Assembly: GCA_051294375.1 (NCBI GenBank)
Contig: JBJCIZ010000314.1
Location: 2,502 to 20,637 of the forward strand
Length of the DNA: 18,136 bases
Direction: 5' to 3'
From: Paraspadella gotoi
Lineage: Eukaryota > Animalia > Chaetognatha
The position numbers and the translations under genes were made by a program. The notes below the pieces were generated by a model that had not been told where the DNA came from, did not search any database, and worked only from the letters and a program-made list of their open reading frames with translations. Of the stretch, positions 1 through 11,511 are shown one piece after another (position 1 is the first letter of the stretch; every line of letters starts with the position of its first letter).

Positions 1-609
1 ATCAGAATCAATTAAAAAAATTTAAAATATAAAAAAATTTGTTTTATATTATAAGTATTTAAAATTTATTAATTATATATCCATAGGCCCTTATTGTGCA
101 GTAATAATAATTTTTTTTTAATTAATTTTTTTTATTATTTGTTAAAATTTTTTTTTATCATAAATCTAATAAAATATTTAAAATTCTTAAAAATTAATAT
201 GTTTAAAGAATAATTTTAAAAAAAAATTAAAGATATTTAAATATTATAATTTTTAAATATTTTTATAGTTATTTTTATATTAATGATTAGGTAATAATTA
301 TAAAATTATTATAATTAATATAAAAATTATTTTTTTATCTAATAAATAAATTATTTTCTTTTTAATTTTGGATAGGTTCTGGTGGTTTAAAGCTTGTATC
401 ACTTTTATAAAATAATAATATAAGGTTAAGAATAAATTAAGATTAAATTAAGTTAAGAAACCGTGACAATTTTTTTTCCATCATGGTATATCATTTTCCA
501 TTGAATAAAAACTAAATTCCACCCACTCTTTCTGCCGTCATTACATCGTCGTAGACTTTACATCGTTTTCGTATCTCCCTCTCCTTTTTAGGACCTTGTA
601 GCATCATCG
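1..609 (+). repeat. Terminal direct repeat, copy 1 (AT-rich; matches 17429-18109)
   Basis: Starts ATCAGAATCAATTAAAAAAATTTAAAAT and ends GTAGCATCATCG, colinear with 17429-18109. Differences are a few transitions (acccActc/acccGctc, aaatcTaat/aaatcCaat), homopolymer lengths and ~65 bp present only in copy 2. Confidence 0.95.
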
Positions 610-1048
610 NNNNNNNNNNCTTAATGTGGTGCTTTCTATTCTTAAATCAGTTAATATTAAGTAAACTAATCTTGTCCNNNNNNNNNNNNNNNNNNNNNNN
701 NNNNNNNNNNNNNNNNNNNNNNNNNNNNNNNNNNNNNNNNNNNNNNNNNNNNNNNNNNNNNNNNNNNNNNNNNNNNNNNNNNNNNNNNNNNNNNNNNNNN
801 NNNNNNNNNNNNNNNNNNNNNNNNNNNNNNNNNNNNNNNNNNNNNNNNNNNNNNNNNNNNNNNNNNNNNNNNNNNNNNNNNNNNNNNNNNNNNNNNNNNN
901 NNNNNNNNNNNNNNNNNNNNNNNNNNNNNNNNNNNNNNNNNNNNNNNNNNNNNNNNNNNNNNNNNNNNNNNNNNNNNNNNNNNNNNNNNNNNNNNNNNNN
1001 NNNNNNNNNNNNNNNNNNNNNNNNNNNNNNNNNNNNNNNNNNNNNNNN
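610..1048. other. Assembly gaps (N 610-619 and N 678-1048) around a 58-nt island
   Basis: Runs of N seen directly. ORFs 624..1148 and 647..1066 exist only because they read through Ns. Confidence 0.99.
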
Positions 1049-1611
1049 GCGACGGAGGAGGATCAAAGGTAAATACAGTGTCTCAAAGCTTCTGTCTGTT
1101 AACTTTTACATATCTTTATATTTTTATATATTTTTATTTCTGAGATAACAATGTCAAAGATAAATTCTTACTATTTGTGATACTATATTTAGAATGCATT
1201 TTTTATTAATTTTTCTGTGCAAAACATACAATTTAAGTTTTGAAATTTTATTTTTAAAAAGAATTTTTTTTGGAAAAAAAACGAAGAAAAAAATTATTTT
1301 AAATTGATATTATTAATTTAAATTTTAATTTGTATAAAATAAGTGCATTACTAAAAATATGCTAATTATTTCCTCTCATTCGATTTTACTTATTTCCCTC
1401 TGTGATCAAGTTCACCAATCGTCTTCACGTGACCTGAAGGATTCGACCTCGATTCACAGTCTGCATTTCCGTCGTGATGATTCTGTGAAAAGAATTTTAA
1501 GAGTCACCTTCGATGATCGCTCTTCAATTGTTGTTGTCGTCGTGTTAATTTAGCTTCTTGATAGATGAAGCTTTTTTGATCTCTTTGGTTGATCTATTTC
1601 ACTTCGATTAT

Positions 1612-1640
1612 TTCTCTTGCTCTCTCTCTCTCTCTCCTCT

Positions 1641-1693
<53 letters not shown>

Positions 1694-2018
1694 ATCATTC
1701 AATAGTAGCGAGACGACGTACCAACACTTTCTCTCTTAGCCCTATGTTCACTCCCTTTCCTTTATCACCCTCTCCATCACTCCTCCCCCCTTCCCCTTCC
1801 CCCCTCACTCCTCCTCTCCCTCCACTCTCCCCTCTCCCTCTCACCTCTCTTTTCCTCTCTCTCATTCCTCTTCCCTTTCCCCTTTCACTCTCCCTCCCTC
1901 CTCTCTCTCACTCCACGTCGCTCCCTCTCTTCCCTCTCTCTCTTCTTACTCCCTCCCCCCTTTCACCTCTCCTCCCTTCCTCCCTCTCCTTCTCCCTTGC
2001 CCCTACCTCCCTCCTCCT
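1612..2018 (+). repeat. (CT)n microsatellite plus polypyrimidine tract, copy 1 of a ~400-480 bp direct duplication
   Basis: (CT)n, then the unique anchor TCATTCAATAGTAGCGAGACGACGTACCAACACTTTCTCTCTTAG, then a C/T-rich tract. The same order recurs at 2336-2815. Confidence 0.9.
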
Positions 2019-2125
2019 GATTGGCGTACGGCTGCGTACTCTCCAAAAAATTCTCGCTATTATGTGTACTTTCTTTAAACCTTGCGTACTGATCTTATAT
2101 TAACGAGTATCAAAATGTTTACACA

Positions 2126-2174
2126 CAACGAAGTACGCAACGAGTACGCAACTAGGTACGCAACGAGTACGCAA
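2126..2174 (+). repeat. 11-12 bp tandem repeat (GTACGCAACGA) x4
   Basis: GTACGCAA at 2133, 2144, 2156 and 2167. Confidence 0.9.
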
Positions 2175-2335
2175 TAAAGCAAATCCCCCTTTAACCCCTT
2201 GCGCCAAGTAGCCCCAACCATTCCCAAAATTTTTATTTTTTTCTCCTTACGTACCGACTTGATGGTACTCCAACTTGTGTACTCTTTTTATGATTCCTTA
2301 TTGATTTTGGTGGAAAATTTTATAACGAGTCTACC

Positions 2336-2815
2336 TTCTCTTGCCTCTCTCTCTTCTCTTCTTCTCTCTCTCTCTCTCTCTCTCTCTTTCATTCAATAGT
2401 TAGCGAGACGACGTACCAACACTTTCTCTCTTAAGCCTTTGTTCACTTCCCTTTCTTTATTCACCCTCTCCATCAACTCCCTCCCCCCTTCCCTTCCCCC
2501 CTCACTTCCTCCTCTCCCTCCACTCTCTCCTCTCCTCTCGCCTCACCCTCTTTTCCTTCCTCTCTTTCCTCTCCCTTTCCCCTTTCACCTCTCCCTCCCT
2601 CCTCCTCTCACTCCACTCTCTCCCTCTATCTTCCCTCTCTCTCTTCTGTATCCCCCCCTCATTTCCACTCTTCCTCCCTCCCTCCCTCCTCCTCTCCGCC
2701 CCTTACCTCCCTCACTCCTCCCCTCCACTTCTCTCCCTCTCCCCTCCTCTCCCTTAGCCCCCTCCTCCCTCTCCTTCTCCCATTTCACTTCCTCTCTCTC
2801 CCCTCCAAACTCCCA
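2336..2815 (+). repeat. (CT)n plus polypyrimidine tract, copy 2 (insertion-rich)
   Basis: Anchor TCATTCAATAGTTAGCGAGACGACGTACCAACACTTTCTCTCTTAAG at ~2389-2435. Colinear with copy 1 but carrying many extra single bases. Confidence 0.9.
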
Positions 2816-3000
2816 CCCCACTTAAAGGTAAGTCTAGACTACACCTTCGTCCATCAAAATCTCGCTTGGTGAAAAATGGTCGGGATTTTCTTTTTATGCC
2901 TTAAACTCTACCAGGGATTTCTTCTCCCACGAGTCATTGAGTATAGGTCATCGCTCGTTTCGTCAGTCGTCGTTCGTTTCAACGTCGTCGATTTTCGTCT

Positions 3001-3410
3001 CATTTTCATTTGTTTCAGTTAATATTCATTTCATTTTATTATCATTTCATTTTACTATCTTACATTTTATATCCATTTTCATTTAATATCATTTCATTTA
3101 ATCTCTATTTCATTTATATCATATTCATTTTATTATCATTTTCATTTATATTCATTGTCATCTTTATATCATTTCATTTTAATATCAATTTCACTCTTAA
3201 TATCATTCATTTAATATTCATTTCATTTTATATCATTTCATTTTATATTCATTTCATGTATATCATTTCATTTTTGTACAGTCTCCAGTTCAAGTTTTCA
3301 TTTCATCATATTTTCTTTTCATTTCAGCTTAATTGTTTTTTTTTATTTTACGTACAAATATTATTTTTCATTACGTCTTTCATATATTTAACTTTTCATT
3401 TTCAACTTAT
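3001..3410 (+). repeat. Degenerate ~15 bp minisatellite (consensus ~ATTTCATTTTATATC), decaying after ~3260
   Basis: Recurring ATCATTTCATTTT(A)TAT units. This explains the F/I/S-rich ORF 3010..3528. Confidence 0.85.
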
Positions 3411-4672
3411 TCCATCCTTAATGAAACTTCATATTTGCCATTCATTACACCATCTGTCATCCATTCGTGTTCATCAATCTGTCAACGCACATTGTCATCT
3501 CCAGCCTTACCCAAACGATCCGTTTTGATCAAAATGAAAAGCATTTTTCTTAGTTATGCCTAAAACCTCCGTTTAGTAAGCGCTATATAACTAATCCTTT
3601 ATTTGCGCTGATAAAAATTTTATCACGTCGAAGCGTTCAATGATTAAATAAATAAACATTTTCCTACAGAAAGATTTAGACCGACTAAAAAAAAAAGAGG
3701 CATCTCTTATTGCAGTCGCCGTCGAGAGTCTTCGTTTTAAGCTTCGACTTAAAAACATTCGTGTTTCAGAGCCCAATTTTCGGCTTCCGCCATTATAATC
3801 AACTCCAACTTCATGGTCTCGCTTTCCGACTTCCTCTCTCTAATCACTCTCCTCCCTCTGCTCTCTTTCTCTATCTCTCTCTTACGGGCTGCGCATCGTT
3901 CGAAATCGAAGTCCGATCAAGATTCACGCTTATATTTCACTTTCTATTCAAAAAGCATGCATAGTGGACCCCAAAAAGAAGAAACTATATATAACAAATA
4001 TGTGCAAGATTCTGGAGAGAAGTCTTGGGTCTTTGGGAAAGCCACGGAGGTCAGGAGCGCGATCGAAAATTTGCCATTTAATCATGACCCAAAAATGGTA
4101 TCTTAAATTTGACAGTCAGGCCGTTCTTTCCTTTTCCCAAAAAGCCTGCCGTTGATCTTTGGACAAATAGAAACAACTCATTACATATTCAGTACGGTTT
4201 TCGGATAGTCCTTTTGTCTTCTCTACACAATAAAAAAAAGAGAAAGTTCTAAATTCTTGCAATCTTAATGCTTGATAAAGCAATCAAAAATGAACTGGTC
4301 TTTTTAGGTTGAAAACTGCATAGTCAAGCCTTTCATTTTTTTGTTCCTACAAATAACCATCGAAAGAAACTGTCATTGTTTATTACTATCTGTTTCAGGG
4401 AGAGCGGCGGACTAATTTTAGTCTTATCTTATATTAAATTTCATGCAATATGACTATGAAAGTCCGTTTATCGCACGGGTATAATTGCCCGATTTTAAGG
4501 CGCAATCCGGGCCCGTATTTACATGAAAACTGGTTATAGAGGTTATCTAATGAGGGACTTCATCGAAAAAAAAGTATTGATCATGCGCGGATCGGGCCCA
4601 TGATTTAAAACCTAGCTTTTTCAACATGGGCTTCTAACCGCTATTTTTTTAAATGGACACGGAAGGTGAATA

Positions 4673-5155
4673 GAACGAACGAAACGAACGGAACGAATAC
4701 GGAACGAACACGGAACGAAACGGAACGCAAACGGAACGAAACGGAACGAAAACGGAACGTAACGGAACGAAACGGAAACTGAAACGGAATCTGAAACGGA
4801 ACGAAAGGAACGATATACGGAACGAAACGTGAACGAAACGGGAATACGAAACGGAACGAAACGGAATCGAAACGGAATGGAAACGGAACGCAAACGGAGA
4901 CGAAACGGAACGGAAACGAACGAAACGGAACGAAACGGAATGAAAACGGAACCGAAACGGAACGGTACACCGGAACGAAAACGGGAACGAAACGGAACGA
5001 AACGGAACTGATAACGGAATTGAAACGAACGATACCGGCAACGAAACGGAACGAAACGGAACGAATAACGGCAATGAAACGTAACGAACGGAACGAAACG
5101 CGAACGAAAACGCGAACTGAAACGGCATTCTGGAACGCGATCGGCAACGGAACGG
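4673..5155 (+). repeat. 10-bp tandem satellite (AAACGGAACG)n
   Basis: Continuous imperfect array of GGAACGAAAC units. This explains ORFs 4621-5208 on both strands. Confidence 0.95.
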
Positions 5156-5839
5156 TCGCTCGGTCAGGTTACTTGGTGGAAAGAGTGTTCTCCAACTCAA
5201 ACGCATAGGGCGATAATCTTTCTGGAATTGTTAATGTTTCACTATTAATGTTCGGATTAGTTCTGTTTTATTTTATTAAAACGATTGATTCTGTAAAGAT
5301 GTGCATATCATAGGGAGTTGAAAATTTATGATATGGCTCCTAATAATCAAGATCTTTTGAAATTTGTCATGTTTCATATCATATAATCTTATTTTTTTAT
5401 GTAAAACAATGTCGTAGGGAACTATGACCTAACAACTAACGCTTTTTCGATGGTAACGGAAATGTTACGCTGGTATAAAAGAAAGATCAACATGACCCAT
5501 TTCAGACGTCGAGAGCTTCGTTATCGTGGTATAAAAAAAAAATCCAACTCTGACCTAAGATTCCACGCCGCCATTGCGAGGCAAACGATGGATGACCGAT
5601 ATAAACGATGAGTGACCTAATTAATGCGACTCGTTGCAGGCAAAACTTTTGTTGTAAATAAAGTATTCGATCGTCTTGAACCTAGATTTCACCACCAGTC
5701 ACTAGAGGCAACCGAGTAAACGAGTTGGGGGCTCTGCAAGCGTTTGTATACTAAATCATTACACGCATTAGTTTGTTTTATTTACGATGCAATGATTCAT
5801 TGTGTCAATTGGAATGCACATATTCATTCGCCATCTAAA

Positions 5840-6143
5840 AATGACTATCATCATATTCTAATAAATGATTATCATTCACAACACATGATGTCTTATCATA
5901 TAATTGGTTATCATCACATCAATTCATTTGGTTATCATCGCATGAATATTTTGTTCAATTGCATCAATCATTTGTGTTATTCATCGTCGCATCAATTATT
6001 GGTGTATCATCGCATCCTAATCATTTGGTTATCATCGAAATAATTATGGTTTATCATTCGCAGTCTAAATTATTGGTTATCATCGCATAATATTTGGTTT
6101 ATAATCGCATTCAAAATATTTGTGTTATCATCGGCTCATCAAT
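5840..6143 (+). repeat. ~23 bp minisatellite (consensus ~TTGGTTATCATCGCATCAATCAT), about 10 degenerate units
   Basis: TTGGTTATCATC(G/A) core recurs at roughly 22-25 nt period from ~5904, with more degenerate units from ~5840. Confidence 0.85.
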
Positions 6144-6260
6144 AAATCAATTTACTATTACATACAATAAATTACTATCATACATCCAATTCAATTACTA
6201 TTACATCAATCAATTAACTTTTTACATCCAATGATCGTTATCTCATCAATCATTTTACTT
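6144..6260 (+). repeat. ~20 bp minisatellite (consensus ~ATCAATCAATTACTATTAC)
   Basis: About five units containing AATTACTAT(T/C)A(C)ATC(C)AAT, directly abutting the previous array. Confidence 0.75.
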
Positions 6261-6329
6261 GGCGCAGATTTAACTACTCTTAAAGATTGTTTTTCTCAAT
6301 TTAATAGTTTAAAAAGGCTTTGATAAATA

Positions 6330-6650
6330 ATAACTCTATAATATTTTTGGTATGGATAGATGAGTTGATACATTTTGTGTGTGCAGGTAGGAAAAATGTG
6401 CTGTACGAAGCTTTGATATAAAGTTTCAGTGGCAAACGTACCAGCTGGAAATGAGTTGTAAATGAAAAAAATATGAGTCACATTTACTTGAATCTTTTAT
6501 ATTGATTTTTAACCCATGATAGATTTGAGATGAAATATTTGTGAGCCGGTAGGAAAGTGAGTGTAAGAAGCTAGACTATAATGCTTTTGACGGAATGCAA
6601 GTTTGAAAAAATGATGCAAGTGAAAAATGATGCAAGTTAAAAAAATTTTA
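6330..6650 (+). repeat. Diverged ~165 bp tandem dimer, with a 16-bp sub-repeat (ATGCAAGTGAAAAATG) in copy 2
   Basis: 6351-6421 (atggatagatgag...GGTAGGAAA...tgtacGAAGCT...tataa) aligns to 6516-6581 (atgatagatttgag...GGTAGGAAA...tgtaaGAAGCT...tataa). Confidence 0.7.
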
Positions 6651-6687
6651 AAAAGCATATTATAAGGATCGTCGCAATTGCATAAAA

Positions 6688-6825
6688 AGAGACGAGTAGA
6701 GAGAAAGAAAGACTGTGAGATAGGAGGTGTGAGGGAGAGAGAGAGAAGAGAGAGAGAGAGAGTGAGAGAGAAGAGGAGAGCAGTGAGAGAGATGATGAGA
6801 TTGAGAGATAGAGAGAGAGAGTAGA
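6688..6825 (+). repeat. Degenerate (GA)n microsatellite
   Basis: Purine-rich GAGA tract seen directly. Confidence 0.9.
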
Positions 6826-7469
6826 TACGCATGTAGTTCGCCGCTTTGGTGGGCATTATCCTATATTATTTTTATATCGATCGATTAGGGGAAATTGATG
6901 TCAATACTTGCGGTATTTGCAAAATTTCAAGTCATTTTTTCCCGGGGGGGGGGGGGGCCCCCCCCAACCGAAAACGCGTTTTAGAAATGGCAGCAAAAAA
7001 CCCGCCGTTTTTTTCATCCCTCTTCGCAAAACAGATTCGCCGATCGAAAAAACATAAATTTTTTTTGGGTTTTCACTAAACGTCTTGACAACTAAGCGCT
7101 CGCTTGTTAGTTCTTTTTATAAGCCCGCGAAGGATCGACGCGGAGAGGCTGGTAAATCTAAAATACGCATTCGGCGGTCCTCATAAATTTGGATTGTATC
7201 TTAAAGTCTGGATAACATGGGGAGAATAAAGTCATATTTAAAACGAATTTAATATTCATTATGATATTCGCTGATTCACACAAGTTAAAAGCGGGGATGG
7301 GGCGTGCTAAACCCAAAAAAAAACCTTTTTGTAAGTGCATGGACTACAGCCCCGATCCGATGTTCCGAGACCTTGTCTATACTGTGACGGAGAACAGTTT
7401 CGTCATCCGGGCATCGTCATTCCACCATTTCGAACTTTTGTCCTGGGCAACTTTTAATCACTGTAACTC

Positions 7470-7787
7470 TCCTCCTAACACTAGCACTCTGACAAGCGCT
7501 GGCAATAGTGAGCATACGCAATAGTATCATAGATTATTATTATTACAAGCTGCTATAAAGGCCAACGATACAAGTTATGTATAACATATAATTAACTATG
7601 GAGCCCATGACACAACACAAGCTTTTACAATAAGAATAGAAACAAATAATCTGTACCTAAAAGTACATTTTGTAAGCTTTTTTGATATGCTTAGTGGAAT
7701 TATATATTCGTTTTCATTAATTTTAATGATATTTTTCAATTCAATAAACAACAGAACAAATATTAAAACATTAAATATCATTCATTA
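7470..7787 (+). repeat. ~320 bp block repeated in the same orientation at 17004-17277
   Basis: Shared colinear anchors: GCACT.TGAC.AGCGCT, CGATACAAGT, TAATTAACTATGG, TCGTTTTCATTA, ATAAACAAC. Confidence 0.85.
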
Positions 7788-7964
7788 CACCATTTTCACA
7801 TGATATACGTCAATCTTAACTTAAAAAAAGCGGTCTTCGTTGTATCAATTATTCTATGAAAAGTAAAACAACCAAATAATTAACTAAGAATATAGCTACC
7901 TTTACTTGGTTATCCTGTGAGACAATATTTCTTTTATAATTTATTCCTATTTTTCTTTACTATT

Positions 7965-8275
7965 CATATCTGTAGTTGGGCGTTGCTTTAAGTTCAAGCA
8001 TTACACTTTCAGTGTGTGACTCGTAGATCATTGCGTCTATACATCACCTCATGACCTCATTCATGTGTACCAATATCCAATTGGTTACCAAACCCGGCTG
8101 GGGGAATCGTTCCGAGGACGGCGGTCAAAACCGCCCTTGCGGGGGCTTGGAAAAACCCCAAAACCTAGTGGCAAGTCCAGGAACGTGTTCAATTGCTGCT
8201 GAGAGCGTGCACAGAAGGAAATGGTAATAACCGAACTTTGTCGGCGACAATCGTCATTCTTGCTACCCCTAATTG
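7965..8275 (-). ncRNA. Candidate structured RNA island E (left-arm copy of 16555-16840); family unknown
   Basis: Inverted copy of the hairpin-dense island at 16555-16840. Noisier, but the GGCGG/CCGCC and TACCAAT/ATTGGT stems are retained. Confidence 0.3.
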
Positions 8276-8814
8276 GCGTAAAGTAGAAAGACTTTGTTGT
8301 CGCCTTTGTCGTGTATCGTCTTCATTGTCAGTCGTTCGTTTTTGCCTGAACTATTTGAACTTCCAAAACTTGAAACATTAGTGGCTGATCCATCAAGAAT
8401 ACTAATCCGTGATATGCTAAACCACAACATGTTTAAAGCCTTGCCAAAAGCCTGACAAACTGTTAACCAATGTTGGTTAAAAGTTTAACAGCAATAACAT
8501 GTGGTTAGTGAAAATAAAACGATCTGCTTACTTTTGAATTATTTCATTTGGTAAAAACCCTACAATAATTTTATAAAGTTATGATTACTTTGATTTTTTA
8601 AAGCTTTTTTAAGTACAATTGAACCAAATAATAGCAAGCACTGTAATTAAACAAACATACTTATTAGCTTGACCACTCTTGGATATGAGATTACTTAAAC
8701 TGTCTTTCAAAAAGCGTCGGCCATTGACCTGAAAATATATTTGATATTCGCGATAAATTATTTATTAATATCTGACGAAATTATAACCTTTTTTTTATTA
8801 TTAATTATTATTAT

Positions 8815-9175
8815 ACTATCTGAAAGCCCTTTCAAATCAAAGAGGAATGACGTTTACTTACGAAAACTGTCGTTAAATTGTTAGCGGTATATTTCACACC
8901 GGCCTCAACTGTCCACCATCCTACAGCCAAATTCATTGGCTCAGAGGGGAAATACCACACCATCCCAAACGTATGTGTTCCATCCACCAGTCCTAACATA
9001 CTTCCCTCTTCGTTGCAAAGCGAGACCGTCCTAGGGTAACCGCGCCAGCTGACTGATAGGCGGTCACTGATGGTCGGAAAGCCCCCAAAGCCAACAGTGA
9101 GATGCCCCATCCCAATGGGCATTCACAGGCAACCCGGCTGCATACCATTAGTATAAAATTTCAAACCGCCCAGCT
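8815..9175 (-). ncRNA. Candidate structured RNA island D (left-arm copy of 15625-15960); family unknown
   Basis: Inverted copy of 15625-15960. The ATGCCC/GGGCAT and AGCCAA/TTGGCT stems are retained. Confidence 0.35.
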
Positions 9176-9539
9176 TTAATTTAATTGGGCATACCTCAAA
9201 AAAAGGACATCTTTCCAAAAATCAATAAGCTGCAACGAGCGTAAATTTAAGCATTTTTATAATATGTTTGATTGGGGGCACCAAAAAATTCTTAAAATCT
9301 TTTTTTTTTTCAAGCTCTTTCAGATTACTTATATAATAATATTATTTTTCGTTATATTTAAACATAGTTATTAAAATTTTAGCATAATTAAAACTCTCTT
9401 TAATTGAACCAAGGCTGGGCAGCTTACTTTTTAAACTAAGCATTTCATCAGAATTATCATTTCTCTCTAAAACATGCCCAAGCTTCAAGTATGGCTCTTA
9501 GTGGCAATACTTTTTTAAAGTATTCAAAACACATTACCA

Positions 9540-9660
9540 GCCACACGAGCGATCAGCTTCTGCGAGTACTCTCCGATTTTTGCCCTGAAACCGCATCTTT
9601 AGATTCTACAATGTTAAGCTCGAGCGGATCACTTAAAGTGAGAACGGTCTATTAGGGCGT
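9540..9660 (-). ncRNA. Candidate structured island C (mostly lost in the right arm at the 10-N gap)
   Basis: GCCCT 9582-9586 pairs with AGGGC 9654-9658. AAACCGC 9588-9594 and ACGGTCT 9644-9650 pair fully only on the minus strand (two G-U). Inner hairpin TCACT 9629-9633/AGTGA 9637-9641. Confidence 0.25.
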
Positions 9661-10159
9661 TCATTAACTGCTTAAAATGTATTCAAAGTTTTGCCAATCA
9701 TATGTGAACTATGAAGGCTTCGGTATATATAACTACTCCAATGCTAAAATAAAATCAAAGACCAAGCAACAATTATTATTATTTAAGATAGAGATAGAAT
9801 TGACTAGAATATCGGTATACAATGATGGACAACATAAACTAAGGACGGTAACCAAAACCTCTTCACTGAGTAATTACTAAATGCAACTAATTACTCATAA
9901 CAGTAACAGTAGAACAAGTAACACAGTAACATTAACCGAATATGACAGATATTTGACGTGAAAAGACGAAATAGTTGATCTTATGACGCGAACAGTGAGG
10001 ATGAAGTCTGAGCGAGGGTGACAAACTTTGAGACATTTTCAGATTTTTGAACTCCATGTACATGTGAATATCTACGTCTATAGGCGAGCTTCACTGTTAT
10101 ATAATGCTTCAGTAGTTGTTATTGATAAGCTGAGAGAGAAGGAGCAGAAATATTGAGGA

Positions 10160-10510
10160 CAATATTAGTTTCATCCAGGTAAAAATGGCGTCACCGCCCT
10201 CCAAGAGTGAGCCGTCTCTTCGAACTCGCACATCCTTCGTCCTTCTCCCGAGTAACTTGAGGAGAAGAATTCCACCGGACGCGATGCCCAAGCTGGAAGT
10301 AATCACTGTACCTCAGTTCGATGTCGATGCTCTCTGCTCATACTATCTGCGTCAGCCATGGACGCGGCTCACACGACTCGTTCCGTGTCTCAGAAGTCTC
10401 GCTGGAGCATTCGGAAGCATTGTTAGTCTCCAACGGGTCCGCACGCCCAGATTCTCTCAGCCATTGCAGCCATGCGTAGTAGAGTGCGGAAGTCCACAAC
10501 TGGGGACGAA
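10160..10510 (-). ncRNA. Candidate structured RNA island B (left-arm copy of 14431-14724); could alternatively be an exon
   Basis: Inverted copy of 14431-14724. The frame of ORF 10185..10601 is not conserved in the other arm. Confidence 0.25.
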
Positions 10511-11511
10511 CAGTAGTCAATTACCTTATTTGACCGTGAACAAACCGTCACATCACGAAGGACACTTACGACCTGATGTAGCTATGTCTAGGAAAGAGTA
10601 AAACAAAATATATATAGCTTATTAATTTGTTTGAGGGTCAATAAGGACTAATCTATAATCTATATAACTATACTTATAGTCTTCTATACTTTATTTATAA
10701 TATCCTTAGCTGGTCAATAACCTTTCTTTTTCGTTGTTGTTTGGTATATAGAGGCCAATTTGCTCGTTTCATGTTTCATTAGTTTAAAAATAAATTTCTA
10801 TTATGTCTGCTTACTAAACAACCTTTTGAAATGTATTATTATTTTCTCTCTCCCTGGTCTCCTCTCTCTCTCTCAATCTCTCTCACTCTCGACCCATTTC
10901 ATTTCTATTCAAAACTAAAATCTTCTATCTAGTCCTTCACTCTTAACCTGTCCTCACCATTTGCCCACTTCTTTCTCAACTCTGGGTGTTGGAAACTTTG
11001 CCCTACTTCTCTCTCTTCTCTTATCTCCATCGCCCCGTCCCACATGCCACTAGTACTGTATACGGACTTCGCGCACGTAGCGAGGATCCAGGTCGTCTCT
11101 CTTCATGAATTTCCTCCTTCACAAAAATCTGTCTCATACTAAATTAAACGCCGAAACATATACGTTTCTCCAGAAATAAAAATTCCTAAACATGAAAGCC
11201 GAATATGCCTCTATAATATCCTTATAAATCATTAAATTTTCAAAATATTTTTAAAATTTTTTATTAAACATTCTGATTTATAAGTCTTCCAGCGCTAAAA
11301 AAAAAGTCACATTCTCCAACTTTTTTAATTGTTCTTGTAATAAAAATATTTATATGACTTAAACGTTTTGCCGTCATTTTTTGGCAGCTTTTAACCCTAA
11401 AACATATTATATAACATATTTTAACAAATCGTTTTCAGTTTTTTCGTTTCTTTAAAATTTACAAAAATATGATTTTGAAGAGACAGTAATCATTGTTATG
11501 TGTTTGTGATT

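Noticed and set aside
1052-1062. ACGGAGGAGGA matching part of the PacBio adapter or primer
   Set aside because: Only 11 nt, the rest of the adapter is absent, and no adapter is visible at the fold-back centre.
624-1148. ORFs spanning N runs (also 12653-13109 and 15757-16342)
   Set aside because: They are open only because Ns contain no stop codons.
3609-3625. TGATAAAA-A-TTTTATCA palindrome as an operator
   Set aside because: AT-rich palindromes of this size are expected by chance, and there is no associated gene.
1558-5208. Long Pro/Ser/Leu-, Phe/Ile- and Arg/Phe/Val-rich ORFs
   Set aside because: They are translations of CT tracts, the ATTTC minisatellite and the AAACGGAACG satellite.
5901-6143. 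CRISPR-like periodic repeat
   Set aside because: The units abut with no unique spacers, and there are no cas genes.
9126-9147. ACAGGCAACCCGGCTG resembling the bacterial RNase P RNA 3' conserved region
   Set aside because: There is no GAGGAAAGTCCGGG-type partner within the island (AAGTCCAGG at ~8173 is ~950 nt away and mismatched), and G-U pairs favour the other strand.
10185-10601. 138-aa ORF as a gene
   Set aside because: No recognisable domain, and the frame is not conserved in the inverted copy. An error-obscured exon cannot be fully excluded.
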